Of a stretch of 64,000 nucleotides of DNA, positions 62,831 through 64,000 are shown one piece after another. Below the pieces are notes generated by a model that saw nothing but the letters and a program-made list of their open reading frames with translations, was not told where the DNA came from and ran no database searches. The position numbers and the translations under genes were made by a program. Numbering within the stretch: the stretch's first letter is position 1; each line of letters opens with the position of its first letter. The DNA comes from Moniliella sp. 'wahieum' (taxonomy: Eukaryota), in NCBI GenBank assembly GCA_003971905.1, contig RSEE01000015.1, positions 248,001 through 312,000 on the forward strand, in the 5' to 3' direction.

Positions 62831-64000
62831 CCCCCGCCGTCAACCGAGACTGAATGGGCCGACTCGCATCGACTGGTTCCGGTCACCCTTCTTCTGGTGG
62901 TCGCCAGCATTGATGCGGCTCGCAGTGGCACCTTGCCTCGTCCCCAACCGATCGTCCGCACCGAAGTGGTTCGTGCCACCTCACCCCCTCTGTAATGCGA
63001 TCGACACTGGGTCGGTCGGGTCCTGTCGTGCCGTGCTCGTCCCACACGGGTTCCCATCCCAAGAAACCCCGGGGGCGGGCCTCCCGCCGGGCGCCCAACG
63101 CTGATGGCCAAAGCCCGGGCGCTCCCTTTTCAGTCTCTGCTACGGGGACAATGCCTCCCCTTGATGATTGACGGCTTTTTTGCATGTGTGGGGCTCGCCA
63201 CCATCACAAGTACCCTGATCCTCTCTCCCCCGTTTCTGGGACACGGGAGGGACAAGCTCCATTCTCCTCCGTTTCCGGCTGCGATCGATCTTCTTCCGGT
63301 CTGCGCTTACAGAATCAAACACGTTTTCTCGATCAGACACACATAGCCTTGATCTAGCACGTTACAATCGCCAACCAGAAAGGTTTGGCCTGTGCGGTTC
63401 GACGTACCTTTTGGAAATCTGGGTTGGACAAGTGAGCATGTGGCCTGGTGGTCTTGTGGACGTTGGGGCCTTGTGGTATCACGAACGGGGGCTGGGTCCC
63501 TCGCCGGCAACTGGCCTGGGGCTTTCATCCGCCGTTGCCCCTGACCCAGGAGAATCGGCGAGGCAGATGGAGGCGGTCAGGCAGGGGCCGCCAAAAAGCC
63601 TCGCCTGGCTTCCCATCCGCACCGGTCGCACATTCCATCCCCAAGTTGTTCTGCGTGGCGGCGATGGTGGTGGGCAATGGCGCGAGTGTTGGGCATGACG
63701 GCACAAGCGAGCCAGTCTCCAGCCGCGCTCTTTTGTCGGCGTACCGACGACCGCGCTGCGGGCTGGCATTGCACATTTCAAGTCCGCGTTCCCCATGGGG
63801 ATGCGCCACATGTCGCATCTTGTGCGATCGCATGCGACACGTCGCACTACTATTACGTGGCTACGACCCACGAGAGGGAGAGATAGCTGGCCGATCCATC
63901 CCAGTAGACTAATCTTGGGGACCCCGCGGTCGTGACATGCAAACGTGGCTCGCATCGGTCGGTTGGACCATCGAGGAACAGAGGAAAGGAATCATCTGTG

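Overview
Gene-dense eukaryotic genomic DNA, GC-rich and almost certainly fungal. It is most likely a basidiomycete, judging from 56-165 nt GT-AG introns with CTRAC-type branch sites and basidiomycete-type proteins. About 22 protein-coding loci and one intron-containing tRNA-Glu(TTC) can be supported. They include OTU deubiquitinase, ALG9, a HAD hydrolase, SNF7, GPI13, QCR9, a Zn2Cys6 transcription factor, ISC1, a secretory lipase carrying an in-frame stop, a Kin4-type kinase, an AYR1-like SDR, a WD40 protein, FPR2, FIP1, SEC59, CCR4 and UPF1, plus several hypotheticals. Nearly every long gene is broken by single-base indels. These are most simply read as errors in an unpolished long-read consensus, so CDS boundaries are approximate gene spans. 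Two things stand out. (1) Many intergenic regions carry short tandem arrays of 7-bp interrupted palindromes that differ in sequence but share one form, xxT-N-Ax'x' (GGTAACC, AGTCACT, GATGATC, GTTTAAC, CTTCAAG, CCTCAGG, GCTGAGC, CATCATG, GTTCAAC), suggesting a common generating process. (2) UPF1 lacks almost all of its N-terminal CH domain, is joined to an unrelated spliced gene fragment at about 62445, and shows substitutions at normally invariant helicase residues. No CRISPR array, rRNA or intact transposase was seen.
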